From contig NC_001263.1 of NCBI RefSeq assembly GCF_000008565.1, positions 2,473,347 through 2,505,346 of the forward strand: a stretch of 32,000 nucleotides of DNA, in the 5' to 3' direction. A model generated the notes under the pieces. The model worked only from the letters and a program-made list of their open reading frames with translations. It was not told the origin of the DNA and searched no databases. This stretch comes from Deinococcus radiodurans R1 = ATCC 13939 = DSM 20539 (lineage in GTDB: Bacteria; Deinococcota; Deinococci; Deinococcales; Deinococcaceae). Position 1 is the stretch's first letter; each line of letters opens with the position of its first letter. The position numbers and the translations under genes are program-made. Shown piece after piece: positions 21,048 to 31,241 of this stretch.

Positions 21048-22361
21048 GTGAATCTGGGGGGCAGGGTACTGATCTATGGACTGGGGCGCAGCGGACGCGG
21101 CGTGGCCCATTTTCTGCACGGCGAGGGGGTATCGGCCTTCTGGCACGACCTGCGCCCGGCGCCGGAAGACGAGGCGCTGATGCGGCAGCTCGGGCACCGG
21201 CAGGCCGATCTGGGCGGCACCTACGACCTGGTGGTGGCGGCGCCGGGCGTGCCGATCGACCACCGTGACCTGCGGGTGCTCGCCGGGCGCGGCGCCGAGA
21301 TCATCGGCGAGGTGGCGCTCGCGGCGCGGCTGCGGCCAGAGCTCCCGATGGTCGGCATCACCGGCACGGCGGGCAAGGGCAGCACCACCGTTTTGATCGC
21401 GCAACTGCTGCGGGCGTGTGGCCTGCGGGCGCGGGAAGGCGGCAACATCGACCCGCCACTGCTCGATGTGGTGGACGACGCCGAGGTCGCGGTGGTCGAA
21501 CTCAGTTCCTTTCAGCTCGAGCGGGTGCCGGGGCTGCGGCTGCCAGTGGCCGTCATCACCAATCTCGGCGTGGACCACCTCGACCGCCACGGCAGCGTGG
21601 AGACCTACCACGCCGCCAAACTCAACATCACGGCGGGCCAGCAATCAGGCGACGTGCTGGTGCGGCCCGCCGACCTGCCGGTGCCGACGCGGGCGCAGAC
21701 CGTCACCTTCACCCCCGAGCGGCTGTGCCTGCGGGACGGTCAGGAAGTGTTGCCCGTGGCTGACCTGCCGCCGGGTGTTCATCCCGCCAACGCCGCCGCC
21801 GCGTTGCTCGCCGCCGAGGCGCTGCTGCGGCACCTGGGCCGCGCGGTGGACCCGGCGGTGCTGGCGGACGCTCTGCGCGCGGCGCAGCCGGTCAAGGGCC
21901 GCTTCGAGACGGTGGGGCAACTCGGCGAGGTCGGCTTTATCGAGGACTCCATCGCCACCCGGACCATCGCGGTGGAGTCGGCGCTGCGCCAGGCGCGGCC
22001 CCCGATTGCCTGGCTGGTCGGCGGGCGCGACAAGGGAGCCGAACTCGCCCCGCTGCGGGCCGCCGCCGAGGGCCGGGTCACGCGGGTGATCGCCTTTGGA
22101 GAAGACGGCGAGGCGCTGGCGCGGGACCTGGGCCTGCCTTTCGAGGTTATCAAGGCTGAGACGGGCGACGAGAGCATGGACCGCGCCGTGCGCGCCGGGT
22201 GGGAGGCACTGGGCGGGGCCGGGGGCACGGGCACGGTCCTGCTTGCTCCGGTGGGCACCAGTTTCGACCAGTTCCGCGATTACCAGCAACGCGGCGCGAG
22301 CTTTCGCCGGGCGGTGCAGGCGCTGCTCGGCACGCAGTCCGGCTCCGGAGAAAGCGCGTGA
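21048..22361 (+). CDS. murD: UDP-N-acetylmuramoylalanine--D-glutamate ligase.
   Basis: The N-terminal Rossmann motif VLIYGLGRSGRGVA and the P-loop GITGTAGKGST are present, with a Mur ligase middle and C-terminal pattern. I prefer the in-frame GTG 21048 (MNLGGRVLIYGLG). The ORF-track start at 20988 lies inside the repeat hairpin. Confidence 0.88.
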   Translation: MNLGGRVLIYGLGRSGRGVAHFLHGEGVSAFWHDLRPAPEDEALMRQLGHRQADLGGTYDLVVAAPGVPIDHRDLRVLAGRGAEIIGEVALAARLRPELPMVGITGTAGKGSTTVLIAQLLRACGLRAREGGNIDPPLLDVVDDAEVAVVELSSFQLERVPGLRLPVAVITNLGVDHLDRHGSVETYHAAKLNITAGQQSGDVLVRPADLPVPTRAQTVTFTPERLCLRDGQEVLPVADLPPGVHPANAAAALLAAEALLRHLGRAVDPAVLADALRAAQPVKGRFETVGQLGEVGFIEDSIATRTIAVESALRQARPPIAWLVGGRDKGAELAPLRAAAEGRVTRVIAFGEDGEALARDLGLPFEVIKAETGDESMDRAVRAGWEALGGAGGTGTVLLAPVGTSFDQFRDYQQRGASFRRAVQALLGTQSGSGESA

Positions 22362-23473
22362 GCCTGCAACTCCTGATCGCGCAGGTGCTGCTGCTGCTGC
22401 TCGGCTCGCTGGGCATTTCCGCCGCCGCGCCCGACCTGATCGTGAAACACGGCCTGCGGGCCTTGCTGGCGGTCGCTCTCACCTTCGCCGTCGCCCGGAT
22501 TCGCCCGCGCACGCTGCTCAAGTGGGGCACCAACGTCTGGATCGTGGCACTGGTGCTGCTGGTGCTGGTGCTGTTCATCGGGCAGGGGTCACAGGACAGC
22601 CCCGGCGTGCGGCGCTGGCTGAGTATCGCCGGGCAGGAATTCCAGCCCTCCGAGTTCGCCAAGCTCGCGCTGGTGCTGCAACTCGCCTCGTTCTTCTCGC
22701 GCCGGGGCGTGCAGAACAAGCTGCTGAGCGCCACCGGCATGATCATAGCGACCACGGCCCTGGTCATTTTCGAGCCCGACCTGGGCACCAGTGTCCTGAC
22801 CTTTGGGCTGGGCATCATCGTGATGTACGCCGCCGGGGTGCGGCTCTTCAACATCGGCGGGCTGGTGCTGGCGCTGGGGCTGTTTTCCCTCCCCTTCGTC
22901 AACAGCTACCTCGAAAGTCACCCTTACATCCTCAAGCGCTGGACCGGGCATCAGGTTCGCGACGACGGGGTCGTGACCGGCCTCGACCAGATCGGCATGG
23001 CGCACCGCGACCTCAACTACGGCGGCTGGTGGGGGCAGGGGCCCGACGGCCCGCGCTGGGAATACTTCGCGGCGCACACCGACATGGTGGTGGCGGCGGT
23101 AGGCTTTTCGAGCGGGCTGCTCGGCGTGCTCACGCTTCTGTTCGCCTACTGGCTGATCGTGTCCACCGCGCTGCAAGTCGCGCAGCTCGCCACCCGCATC
23201 CGGCCCATGAGCGCCGAGATTCACGGGGCGAGCATCCTCGCCATCGGCTGCATGTTTTTGGTGGTCGGGCAGGCGTTCGTCAACCTCGCCGTCGCCGCCG
23301 GGCTGTTTCCGGTGACCGGGGTGCCGCTGCCGCTCGTCAGCTACGGCTTTTCCTCCATGCTGACCATGAGCGTGGCGCTGGGCATCATTCACTCGGCCAT
23401 GCGCGAGGTGCGCCGCCAACTGCCGGTCGAGGTCAAGATGGACGACTTCGTGGGGGCCGCGGCGGACGACTGA
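22358..23473 (+). CDS. ftsW: FtsW/RodA/SpoVE-family (SEDS) cell-division protein.
   Basis: The protein is polytopic and membrane-embedded, with the motifs QPSEFAKL and PDLGT and the C-terminal TGVPLPLVSYGFSS. The GTG start overlaps the murD TGA (GTGA), suggesting translational coupling. The ORF-track extension upstream to 22199 overlaps murD and is rejected. Confidence 0.85.
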   Translation: MSLQLLIAQVLLLLLGSLGISAAAPDLIVKHGLRALLAVALTFAVARIRPRTLLKWGTNVWIVALVLLVLVLFIGQGSQDSPGVRRWLSIAGQEFQPSEFAKLALVLQLASFFSRRGVQNKLLSATGMIIATTALVIFEPDLGTSVLTFGLGIIVMYAAGVRLFNIGGLVLALGLFSLPFVNSYLESHPYILKRWTGHQVRDDGVVTGLDQIGMAHRDLNYGGWWGQGPDGPRWEYFAAHTDMVVAAVGFSSGLLGVLTLLFAYWLIVSTALQVAQLATRIRPMSAEIHGASILAIGCMFLVVGQAFVNLAVAAGLFPVTGVPLPLVSYGFSSMLTMSVALGIIHSAMREVRRQLPVEVKMDDFVGAAADD

Positions 23474-23475
23474 CC

Positions 23476-23525
23476 CGGAATAGGAAGAAAAGAGAACCGG
23501 CCAGCCTTTAGAGTGCTGGCCGATT
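23476..23525. terminator. Bidirectional terminator between ftsW and the convergent GGDEF gene.
   Basis: CGGCCAGC (23488-23495) pairs with GCTGGCCG (23505-23512). The stem is flanked by AGAAAAGAGAA upstream and ATTTTCTTTTT downstream. Confidence 0.7.
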
Positions 23526-23538
23526 TTCTTTTTGGGAC

Positions 23539-24609
23539 TCAGCGCACCGTGTTGCGCCCCCCGTTCTTGGCGTCGTAAAGGCGTTCGTCGGCGCGCGAGA
23601 ACAACTGATTGAGGTCATCGTCGGGACGCAGGGCCGCCACCCCGAAACTGGCGGTGACTGGCAGCCCCGCAATCTCCGTGTCGCTGACCGCCTGCCGCAG
23701 CCGCTCGGCGAGCGCCAGAGCGTCGTCGCGCGCCACGCCCGGCAGCACCGCCATGAACTCCTCGCCGCCCCAGCGCCCCACCATGCCGGCCCCGCCCACA
23801 TTGCGCCGCAGCCGCTTGGCGAAGGCCCGCAGCACGTCGTCGCCTGCACCGTGTCCGTGGACGTCGTTGACCTGTTTGAAGTGGTCGATGTCGGCCAGGA
23901 TGACGCTCAGGGGCGAGTTGGTGCGCCGCGCCGTGTCCAGCGCACGTTGCAGCTCGCTCTCAAGCGCCGCGCGGCCCGCCACGCCGGTCAGGGCGTCGAG
24001 CCGCGCAGCCTGCAACTCACCGCTGGTTTGCTCGTGAATCGAGAGGTATCGCTCGATGAACCCGGCGATCAGGTACTGCGTGAGCAGCAGCGTGAGCACC
24101 ACGAACAGTCCGGTCATCCAGGCGAGCGTCTGGTCGGGGGTCAGCGGCCCGGCGCCGAGCAGCAGCAGGGCCATCAGCGCGATCACCAGCAGCCCGATGA
24201 CCAGCCCCAGCCGCGAGCCCAGCAGCAGCACATACGAGGGAAAGGCCACCATAACCCACAGCAGGTGGGTGATCTGATCACTGAAATTGTCCGACGCCAG
24301 CTCGTGCTGCGCGCCGTAGAACGAGAGCAGCGTCACCACCAGCTGCGCGGCCACCCGCATCCGGAACGAGCGGAGCTTGCCTGCCAGCGCCAGGACGAAC
24401 ACCACGCCGCAGACCCCCACGCCCGCGAGCTGGGCCGTGCTGAGCGGCGAGCCGGTCAACACCGAGCAGAACGCTGCGTAGATCACGTAGGCGCCGCAGG
24501 CCACAGCCACCAACCGGTCACGGGCGCGCGCAAAGAGTGCGGACACCACGGGAAGGGAAGGGGCAGAGGACTCAGGCATGGTCATGGGAGAGGAACTGGG
24601 AGAGGACAA
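23539..24609 (-). CDS. Membrane-anchored diguanylate cyclase (GGDEF domain).
   Basis: About 5-6 N-terminal TM helices precede the domain motifs DALTGVAGR, DIDHFKQVND and an intact RWGGEEFMAVL active site. Confidence 0.88.
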   Translation of the reverse strand: MSSPSSSPMTMPESSAPSLPVVSALFARARDRLVAVACGAYVIYAAFCSVLTGSPLSTAQLAGVGVCGVVFVLALAGKLRSFRMRVAAQLVVTLLSFYGAQHELASDNFSDQITHLLWVMVAFPSYVLLLGSRLGLVIGLLVIALMALLLLGAGPLTPDQTLAWMTGLFVVLTLLLTQYLIAGFIERYLSIHEQTSGELQAARLDALTGVAGRAALESELQRALDTARRTNSPLSVILADIDHFKQVNDVHGHGAGDDVLRAFAKRLRRNVGGAGMVGRWGGEEFMAVLPGVARDDALALAERLRQAVSDTEIAGLPVTASFGVAALRPDDDLNQLFSRADERLYDAKNGGRNTVR

Positions 24610-24665
24610 GACTGCGGCCAGACGGCAGCTTCACACCGGAAGCCGTCTGCCACAGTGCAGGTTCA

Positions 24666-24683
24666 GGCGGGAGGGCTCCCGCC
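24666..24683 (-). terminator. GC-rich hairpin 8 nt downstream of the ndk stop codon, without a U-tract.
   Basis: GGCGGGAG pairs with CTCCCGCC. A second 8-bp hairpin lies at 24619-24649 (CAGACGGC / GCCGTCTG). There is no T-run on the transcribed strand, so the terminator role is uncertain. Confidence 0.3.
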
Positions 24684-24690
24684 GGGCCGC

Positions 24691-25107
24691 TCAGGAAAGA
24701 AGTTCGCCGTCCCCGAAAAACAGCGCCAGTTCGCGCTCGGCGCTCTCGGGGCTGTCGCTGCCGTGGGTCACGTTCTCGCCGGTGCTGGTGGCGAAGTCGG
24801 CGCGGATGGTGCCGGGGGCGGCGTTGGCGGGGTTGGTCGCGCCCATCATGGCCCGCCAGCCGGCGATGGCGTTTTCGCCTTCCAGCGCGATGGCGACGAC
24901 CGGCCCGCCGGTGATGAAGTCCACCAGTTCACCGAAGAAAGGACGCTCGCGGTGCTCGCCGTAGTGCTGCTCGGCGGTTTCGCGGGGCATCATCATCTGC
25001 TTGAGGCCGACCACGCGGTAGCCTTTGTTGTGAATGCGGGCGAGAATTTCAGGGGTCAGGCCCCGGCGCACGCCGTCGGGCTTGATCATGGCAAAAGTCC
25101 GTTCCAT
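24691..25107 (-). CDS. ndk: Nucleoside diphosphate kinase.
   Basis: The translation [17 protein letters not shown]...NVTHGSDS includes the active-site His. The protein is 138 aa. The ORF-track extension to 25602 is upstream read-through without support. Confidence 0.93.
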   Translation of the reverse strand: MERTFAMIKPDGVRRGLTPEILARIHNKGYRVVGLKQMMMPRETAEQHYGEHRERPFFGELVDFITGGPVVAIALEGENAIAGWRAMMGATNPANAAPGTIRADFATSTGENVTHGSDSPESAERELALFFGDGELLS

Positions 25108-25215
25108 ACCGGACGTCAGGATAGCAGTTGACTGGCTTACAAACCGCTGACCGCCGGCGCGGTAGCCACCGACCCAATACCCCCCACACCCGGGGGTACA
25201 CGCTAGCCTGCGTTC

Positions 25216-25722
25216 ATGCTCACGCTCAGCGAAGCGGCCCGCCGTCCCGTGACCGAGGTGGGCCAAGACACCCACCGTCTCGCCGCGCAGGGAACCGCCG
25301 GGATGCTGGTGCCCGCCGCCTTCGAGGAGGCGTACTACCTCGGCGTGAACCTGCCCGAGCAGCTCGCCCGGCTGTTCGCGCCGGTCCACCCGCAGCGGAT
25401 AGACGAGGACCTGCTCGACGGCCTGTGCGAGCAGGCGCAGACGCTGGTGCGCGGCAGTTCGCTGTCCGACGACGCGGTGCAAGTGTTTTACCGGGCGCTG
25501 AAAAATGCTGGTTTGGACAGCGGCCCCCTGGAGCTGCGGCGCCCCGACGAACCCCAGCGCGAGGCGGCGCAGGTGCGGCCCCCAGGCACGGCGGCGCTGC
25601 ACGCGCTCAAGCGGCTGTGGGCGCAGGACTGGGCGTTTGACGCGGTCCTCGCGCGGCTGGACGACACCGGCGGCATCGGTGTGGACGCGCGCCCAACTTT
25701 GTTGCTGCGTTCTGGTAGCTGA
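25216..25722 (+). CDS. Hypothetical protein (168 aa) resembling a short, degenerate PEP/pyruvate-binding (PPDK_N-like) domain.
   Basis: The patterns ...[15 protein letters not shown]... and ...[21 protein letters not shown]... echo the G..VP.GF and aik.vWaS.f..rA..YR blocks of PEP-utilising enzyme N-terminal domains. The VRSSA..ED block is not conserved (LRRPDEPQ). This is a weak, memory-based resemblance. Confidence 0.4.
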   Translation: MLTLSEAARRPVTEVGQDTHRLAAQGTAGMLVPAAFEEAYYLGVNLPEQLARLFAPVHPQRIDEDLLDGLCEQAQTLVRGSSLSDDAVQVFYRALKNAGLDSGPLELRRPDEPQREAAQVRPPGTAALHALKRLWAQDWAFDAVLARLDDTGGIGVDARPTLLLRSGS

Positions 25723-25735
25723 AGCTCTCGCCTTC

Positions 25736-26815
25736 CTAGCCTTGACGTTCTGCCGTGCTGCCCCGTACGACCAGCCGGGTCGGCAACGGCGATGGATTCA
25801 GGACCTCAGGGTCTAAAACCTCGCCGGATAGTTGCGCCAGCAGGGCCTCTCCCACCCGGCGTCCTTTCTCGGCGGTGGGTTGCCAGACGGTGGAGAGATT
25901 CAGCGCAGCGCTGAGCGGCACGTCGTCATACCCGATGAGGCTGAGGTCCTCAGGCACGCGGCGGCCCAGCGTTTGCGCGGCCTGATAGGCGCCCTGGGCC
26001 AGCACATCGCTCATGCACAGCAGGGCGGTGACTTCGGGCTGGGCGGTGAGCAATGCGCGGGCCTGCGCCTCGCCGTCGGCGGGGGTGTTCTGGGAGCACT
26101 CGTAGGGCCACAGCCGCGCCGCGTCCGCTCCAGCCCGGTACCCGCGCAGGCGCTCGGCGGTGGTGTGGTAGGCGGCCTGCGCCTCACGTTTAGGGGACAC
26201 GGGACCACCCAGCGGCTCGGGGCCGAGTTCCAGGCACAGCACGCCGATGTCGCGGTGCCCGAGCGCCACGAGGTGTGCGGCGGCGGCCCGCGCTCCACCC
26301 GCGTCGTCAATCCCTACGCCCACCGCACCAGGCTGCGGCTGCTGGTCCACCAGCACGGTGGGCAACCCGCGCTCCAGCACGGCGGCGAGCAGGTCGCTGC
26401 CCTCCGAAGCGCAGTAGAGAATCAGGCCGTCCACGCTCGCCGAGCGCACCGGGGCCGGGTCCTGTGAAGCCGAGAGCAGCAGCAGGTTCAGCCCCTCGGC
26501 CCGCAGCGAGCGCGACAGGCTGCCCAGAAACAGCGCGGCGGCGGGGTCGGCAAAGGCGTATTCCAGCGGCGCGTCGTACACCACGCCGATAACCCCAGTC
26601 TTGCCCCGGCGCAGGCTGCGGGCAAGCGGGTCGGGGCCCTGGTAGCCGAGGTCGCGGGCCGCCGCCAGCACCTTGTCGCGCAGCCCCGCCGAGAGCTGGT
26701 CGGGGCGGTTGTAGGCGTTGCTGACCGTCGCCACCGATACTCCCACCGCGCGGGCCACGTCGCGCAGGGTGGCCCGTGGGCGGGCGGAACCGGGCGCGGC
26801 TTTGGCGGCAGACAT
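25736..26815 (-). CDS. LacI-family transcriptional regulator.
   Basis: The N-terminal HTH reads [24 protein letters not shown]. It is followed by a periplasmic-binding-protein-like sugar-binding fold pattern (GVIGVV...). Confidence 0.9.
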   Translation of the reverse strand: MSAAKAAPGSARPRATLRDVARAVGVSVATVSNAYNRPDQLSAGLRDKVLAAARDLGYQGPDPLARSLRRGKTGVIGVVYDAPLEYAFADPAAALFLGSLSRSLRAEGLNLLLLSASQDPAPVRSASVDGLILYCASEGSDLLAAVLERGLPTVLVDQQPQPGAVGVGIDDAGGARAAAAHLVALGHRDIGVLCLELGPEPLGGPVSPKREAQAAYHTTAERLRGYRAGADAARLWPYECSQNTPADGEAQARALLTAQPEVTALLCMSDVLAQGAYQAAQTLGRRVPEDLSLIGYDDVPLSAALNLSTVWQPTAEKGRRVGEALLAQLSGEVLDPEVLNPSPLPTRLVVRGSTAERQG

Positions 26816-26841
26816 GGCCGGATGCTACCTTATGTCCGCAA

Positions 26842-26855
26842 CTGAAACGATTCAG
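26842..26855. promoter_or_regulatory. Candidate LacI-family operator in the lacI/MFS divergent region.
   Basis: CTGAAACGATTCAG is a 14-bp palindrome (CTGAA-ACGA-TTCAG) with the central CG typical of LacI/GalR operators (..AA.CG.TT..). It lies 27 nt upstream of the regulator start codon. Confidence 0.4.
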
Positions 26856-26993
26856 TCTGCCTATGCCATCTCATACGGCTTTCCTCCTCTGCCGAGCAGC
26901 TCTGCGAGTCGCATCCGCTCTGCTTCGCAGCTTTGCAAGTCGAATCGAATCCAAAATATCTGGATGCAACTGGAATCCGTATCAGGAGCCTGT

Positions 26994-28184
26994 ATGACGA
27001 CCACCGCCGCGCCTGTTCCCCGCTCGCCCGCCGCCGAGCGCGCCCGCCTCGCGGTGAGCGCCGTGTTTCTGATTAACGGAGCGCTGTTCGCCACCTGGGC
27101 AGTCAACATTCCGGGGGTGCGGACGGCGCTGCACCTCACCGAAGCGCAGGTCGGCGCGGCGCTGCTGGCGGTGGGGCTCGGCAGCCTGTTGTCCATGCCG
27201 CTCACCGGGGGCTGGGTGGCGCGCTGGGGAAGCGGCAGGGTCACGGCGCTGCTCGCTCCCCTGACCATGCTGTCGCTGCTGCCGCCTTTTTTCATGCCGT
27301 CGCTGTGGTGGCTGACTGCTGCGCTGGGGCTGCTGGGTGTCCTGAACGGCGCGCTGGACGTGGCGATGAACGCGCAGGGCGTGACGGTGGAAAAGGCACT
27401 GGGCCGCCCGGTGATGAGCCGCCTGCACGCTTATTTCAGCCTCGGTGGGGTGGTGGGGGCGCTGCTCGGCACCGCGCTGGTCGGGCGGGTGCCGATGCTG
27501 GCGCACGTGGGCGGCGTGGCGCTGCTCTCCACTCTGACGGCGCTGGTCGCCGGGCGCTTTCTGCTGGCCGACGCACCGACGGAACCCGAAACGGCGCAGG
27601 CGGACGCACCCACTCCCCGCTCCGGCCTCTCCCCCGCCGCGCTGCTGCTGGGCGGGCTGTGCTTTCTGGGGATGCTCTCGGAAGGCGCGCACTACGACTG
27701 GGCGGCGCTGTATTGCCGCGACGTGCTGGGGCTGCCGGGCGGACAGGCGGGCGTCGGCTACGCGGCCTTTGTCACCACCATGACGCTGGGCCGCTGGTTC
27801 GGGGACCGCGCCCGCGCCCGCTTCGGCGACGTGGCGATGGTGCGGGCCGGGGCGCTGCTCTCGGCACTCGGGCTGGGGCTGGCGCTGCTGGTGCGCGAGC
27901 CGTGGCCCGCCACGCTGGGCTTCGCGCTTTCGGGCCTGGGCCTGAGCAACGTGGTTCCGGTGATGTACGGCGCGGCGGGACACGCCCTGCACGGCAGGGG
28001 CATCGCGCAGGTCGCCACCATCGGCTACGGGGGCTTTTTGCTGGGGCCGCCGCTGATCGGGTTTCTGGCGCAGCATTCCGGACTGCCCGCCGCGCTGGGC
28101 CTCGCGGTGGCGGGGTCGGCGCTGGTGGCGGGGCTGGGTGGCGTGGCCTTCAGGCTGATTCGGCGGACGGCACCCCCGGCCTGA
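26994..28184 (+). CDS. MFS transporter (12-TM type).
   Basis: ATG 26994 is preceded by CAGGAG. The protein is 396 aa and hydrophobic with MFS-like loops (e.g. GGWVARWGSGRV). The ORF-track start at 26718 overlaps the lacI gene and the intergenic region and is rejected. Confidence 0.85.
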   Translation: MTTTAAPVPRSPAAERARLAVSAVFLINGALFATWAVNIPGVRTALHLTEAQVGAALLAVGLGSLLSMPLTGGWVARWGSGRVTALLAPLTMLSLLPPFFMPSLWWLTAALGLLGVLNGALDVAMNAQGVTVEKALGRPVMSRLHAYFSLGGVVGALLGTALVGRVPMLAHVGGVALLSTLTALVAGRFLLADAPTEPETAQADAPTPRSGLSPAALLLGGLCFLGMLSEGAHYDWAALYCRDVLGLPGGQAGVGYAAFVTTMTLGRWFGDRARARFGDVAMVRAGALLSALGLGLALLVREPWPATLGFALSGLGLSNVVPVMYGAAGHALHGRGIAQVATIGYGGFLLGPPLIGFLAQHSGLPAALGLAVAGSALVAGLGGVAFRLIRRTAPPA

Positions 28185-28229
28185 TGAGCCATTTGGCCTA
28201 GCTTTCACTCAAGCTGCCATTATTCGGCC

Positions 28230-30290
<2,061 letters not shown>

Positions 30291-30299
30291 GGCAGAGAG

Positions 30300-31124
30300 T
30301 CAGGGAACAGGCTTTTCTCCCTTGAACGCCCGCAGCAGTTGCCCGCGCTCGCGCAGGGCGTGCTGAAACTTCTGGGCGTCGTTGAGATTGAGGGGAGCGG
30401 CGCCCAGCGCCTTTTTCTCGGTTTTCTCGGTGGAGGTGCGGGGCGTTGCGGTAAGCCCCTCGCCTCCAAAGCGCCGCGCCCGGAACATGCCGGGGTGCTC
30501 CTCGAAGACGGCAATCACGTCGTCGGGGAGCGTTTCCAGATGCGCGGCAAAAGTCAGCTCCTGAAGCAGCTCGGCATTCGCGGCGGCGCCCCCCAGCTCG
30601 GTCAGCAGGCGGTCAATCAGGGCAAACACGCGGGCGGCGTAGGCCTCCACCTCGGTCTGGGTGGGCAGGTAGCCCCGGTGAATTACCCGATTGCGAAAGT
30701 CGCTGCCCAGGCTTTTGCCGTCCATGAAATCGGGCTCGCGGCCCTCGCGCAGCAGGTAGGCGAGGGTCATCATGCCGAGTTGCCGCTCCGACTGGCTGGC
30801 GACGTGCCGCCACGTCCGGTCCAGAGTCGCCTGCGCCGCCGCGAAATCGCCGCCCTGCGCCGCTGCCCGTTCCAGTGCGTGCGACTTGACGTAAAACTCG
30901 AAAAAGCGTTCCAGCGCTGCCGCGAAGCTTGCCACCGCCTCACGCGCGTACCCGTCGAGCAGCGCCCGCGTGCCGAGGTCGAACAGCAGCTCGAACTTCT
31001 GCTTGCGGACAAAGACGCACGACCTGCCGCCGCAGTGGGGACAAGTCAGGTCGTGGATATGGCTGTCGGTGAACTCGGCCTGCATTTCCCGCGTGCAGTG
31101 GGGGCAGGCGGTGGGAAAGCGCAT
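30300..31124 (-). CDS. Zn-ribbon + HEPN-like domain protein (274 aa), a putative RNA-binding protein or RNase.
   Basis: The N-terminal CPHC(x17)CPHC forms a zinc-ribbon pattern. A helical region follows, ending in FRNRVIHRGYLPTQTEVEAY. RNRVIH (nt 30678-30695) fits the HEPN R-[N/D/H]-x3-H motif at the start of the last helix. The C-terminal ~70 aa are low-complexity and charged. Confidence 0.6.
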   Translation of the reverse strand: MRFPTACPHCTREMQAEFTDSHIHDLTCPHCGGRSCVFVRKQKFELLFDLGTRALLDGYAREAVASFAAALERFFEFYVKSHALERAAAQGGDFAAAQATLDRTWRHVASQSERQLGMMTLAYLLREGREPDFMDGKSLGSDFRNRVIHRGYLPTQTEVEAYAARVFALIDRLLTELGGAAANAELLQELTFAAHLETLPDDVIAVFEEHPGMFRARRFGGEGLTATPRTSTEKTEKKALGAAPLNLNDAQKFQHALRERGQLLRAFKGEKPVP

Positions 31125-31158
31125 GGTCGGAGCTTACCCCAGCAGCCGAACGGTGGTC

Positions 31159-31241
31159 AGAGCTTCTGATTATTTGACCCTCTACCCTGGTGGGAGAGGG
31201 CCTTGCGAAGCAAGGGGTGAGGGGGTCTTTTTCCAGGCTCA
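31159..31241. repeat. Short variant copy of the family-A repeat.
   Basis: The sequence AGAGCTTCTGATTATTTGACCCTCTACCCTGGTGGGAGAGGGCCTTGCGAAGCAAGGGGTGAGGGGGTCTTTTTCCAGGCTCA is near-identical in its core to the reverse complement of 14881-14981. Confidence 0.85.

Noticed and set aside
26830-26846. RDRM-like (radiation/desiccation response motif) sequence TTATGTCCGCAACTGAA, plus the TTATGTCAAAGG string inside the repeat at 14966-14977.
   Set aside because: Only the left half-site (TTATGT) matches, and the right half is not the expected palindromic partner. One of the two occurrences is simply part of a repeat terminus. Neither adjacent gene belongs to the classes usually placed in that regulon.
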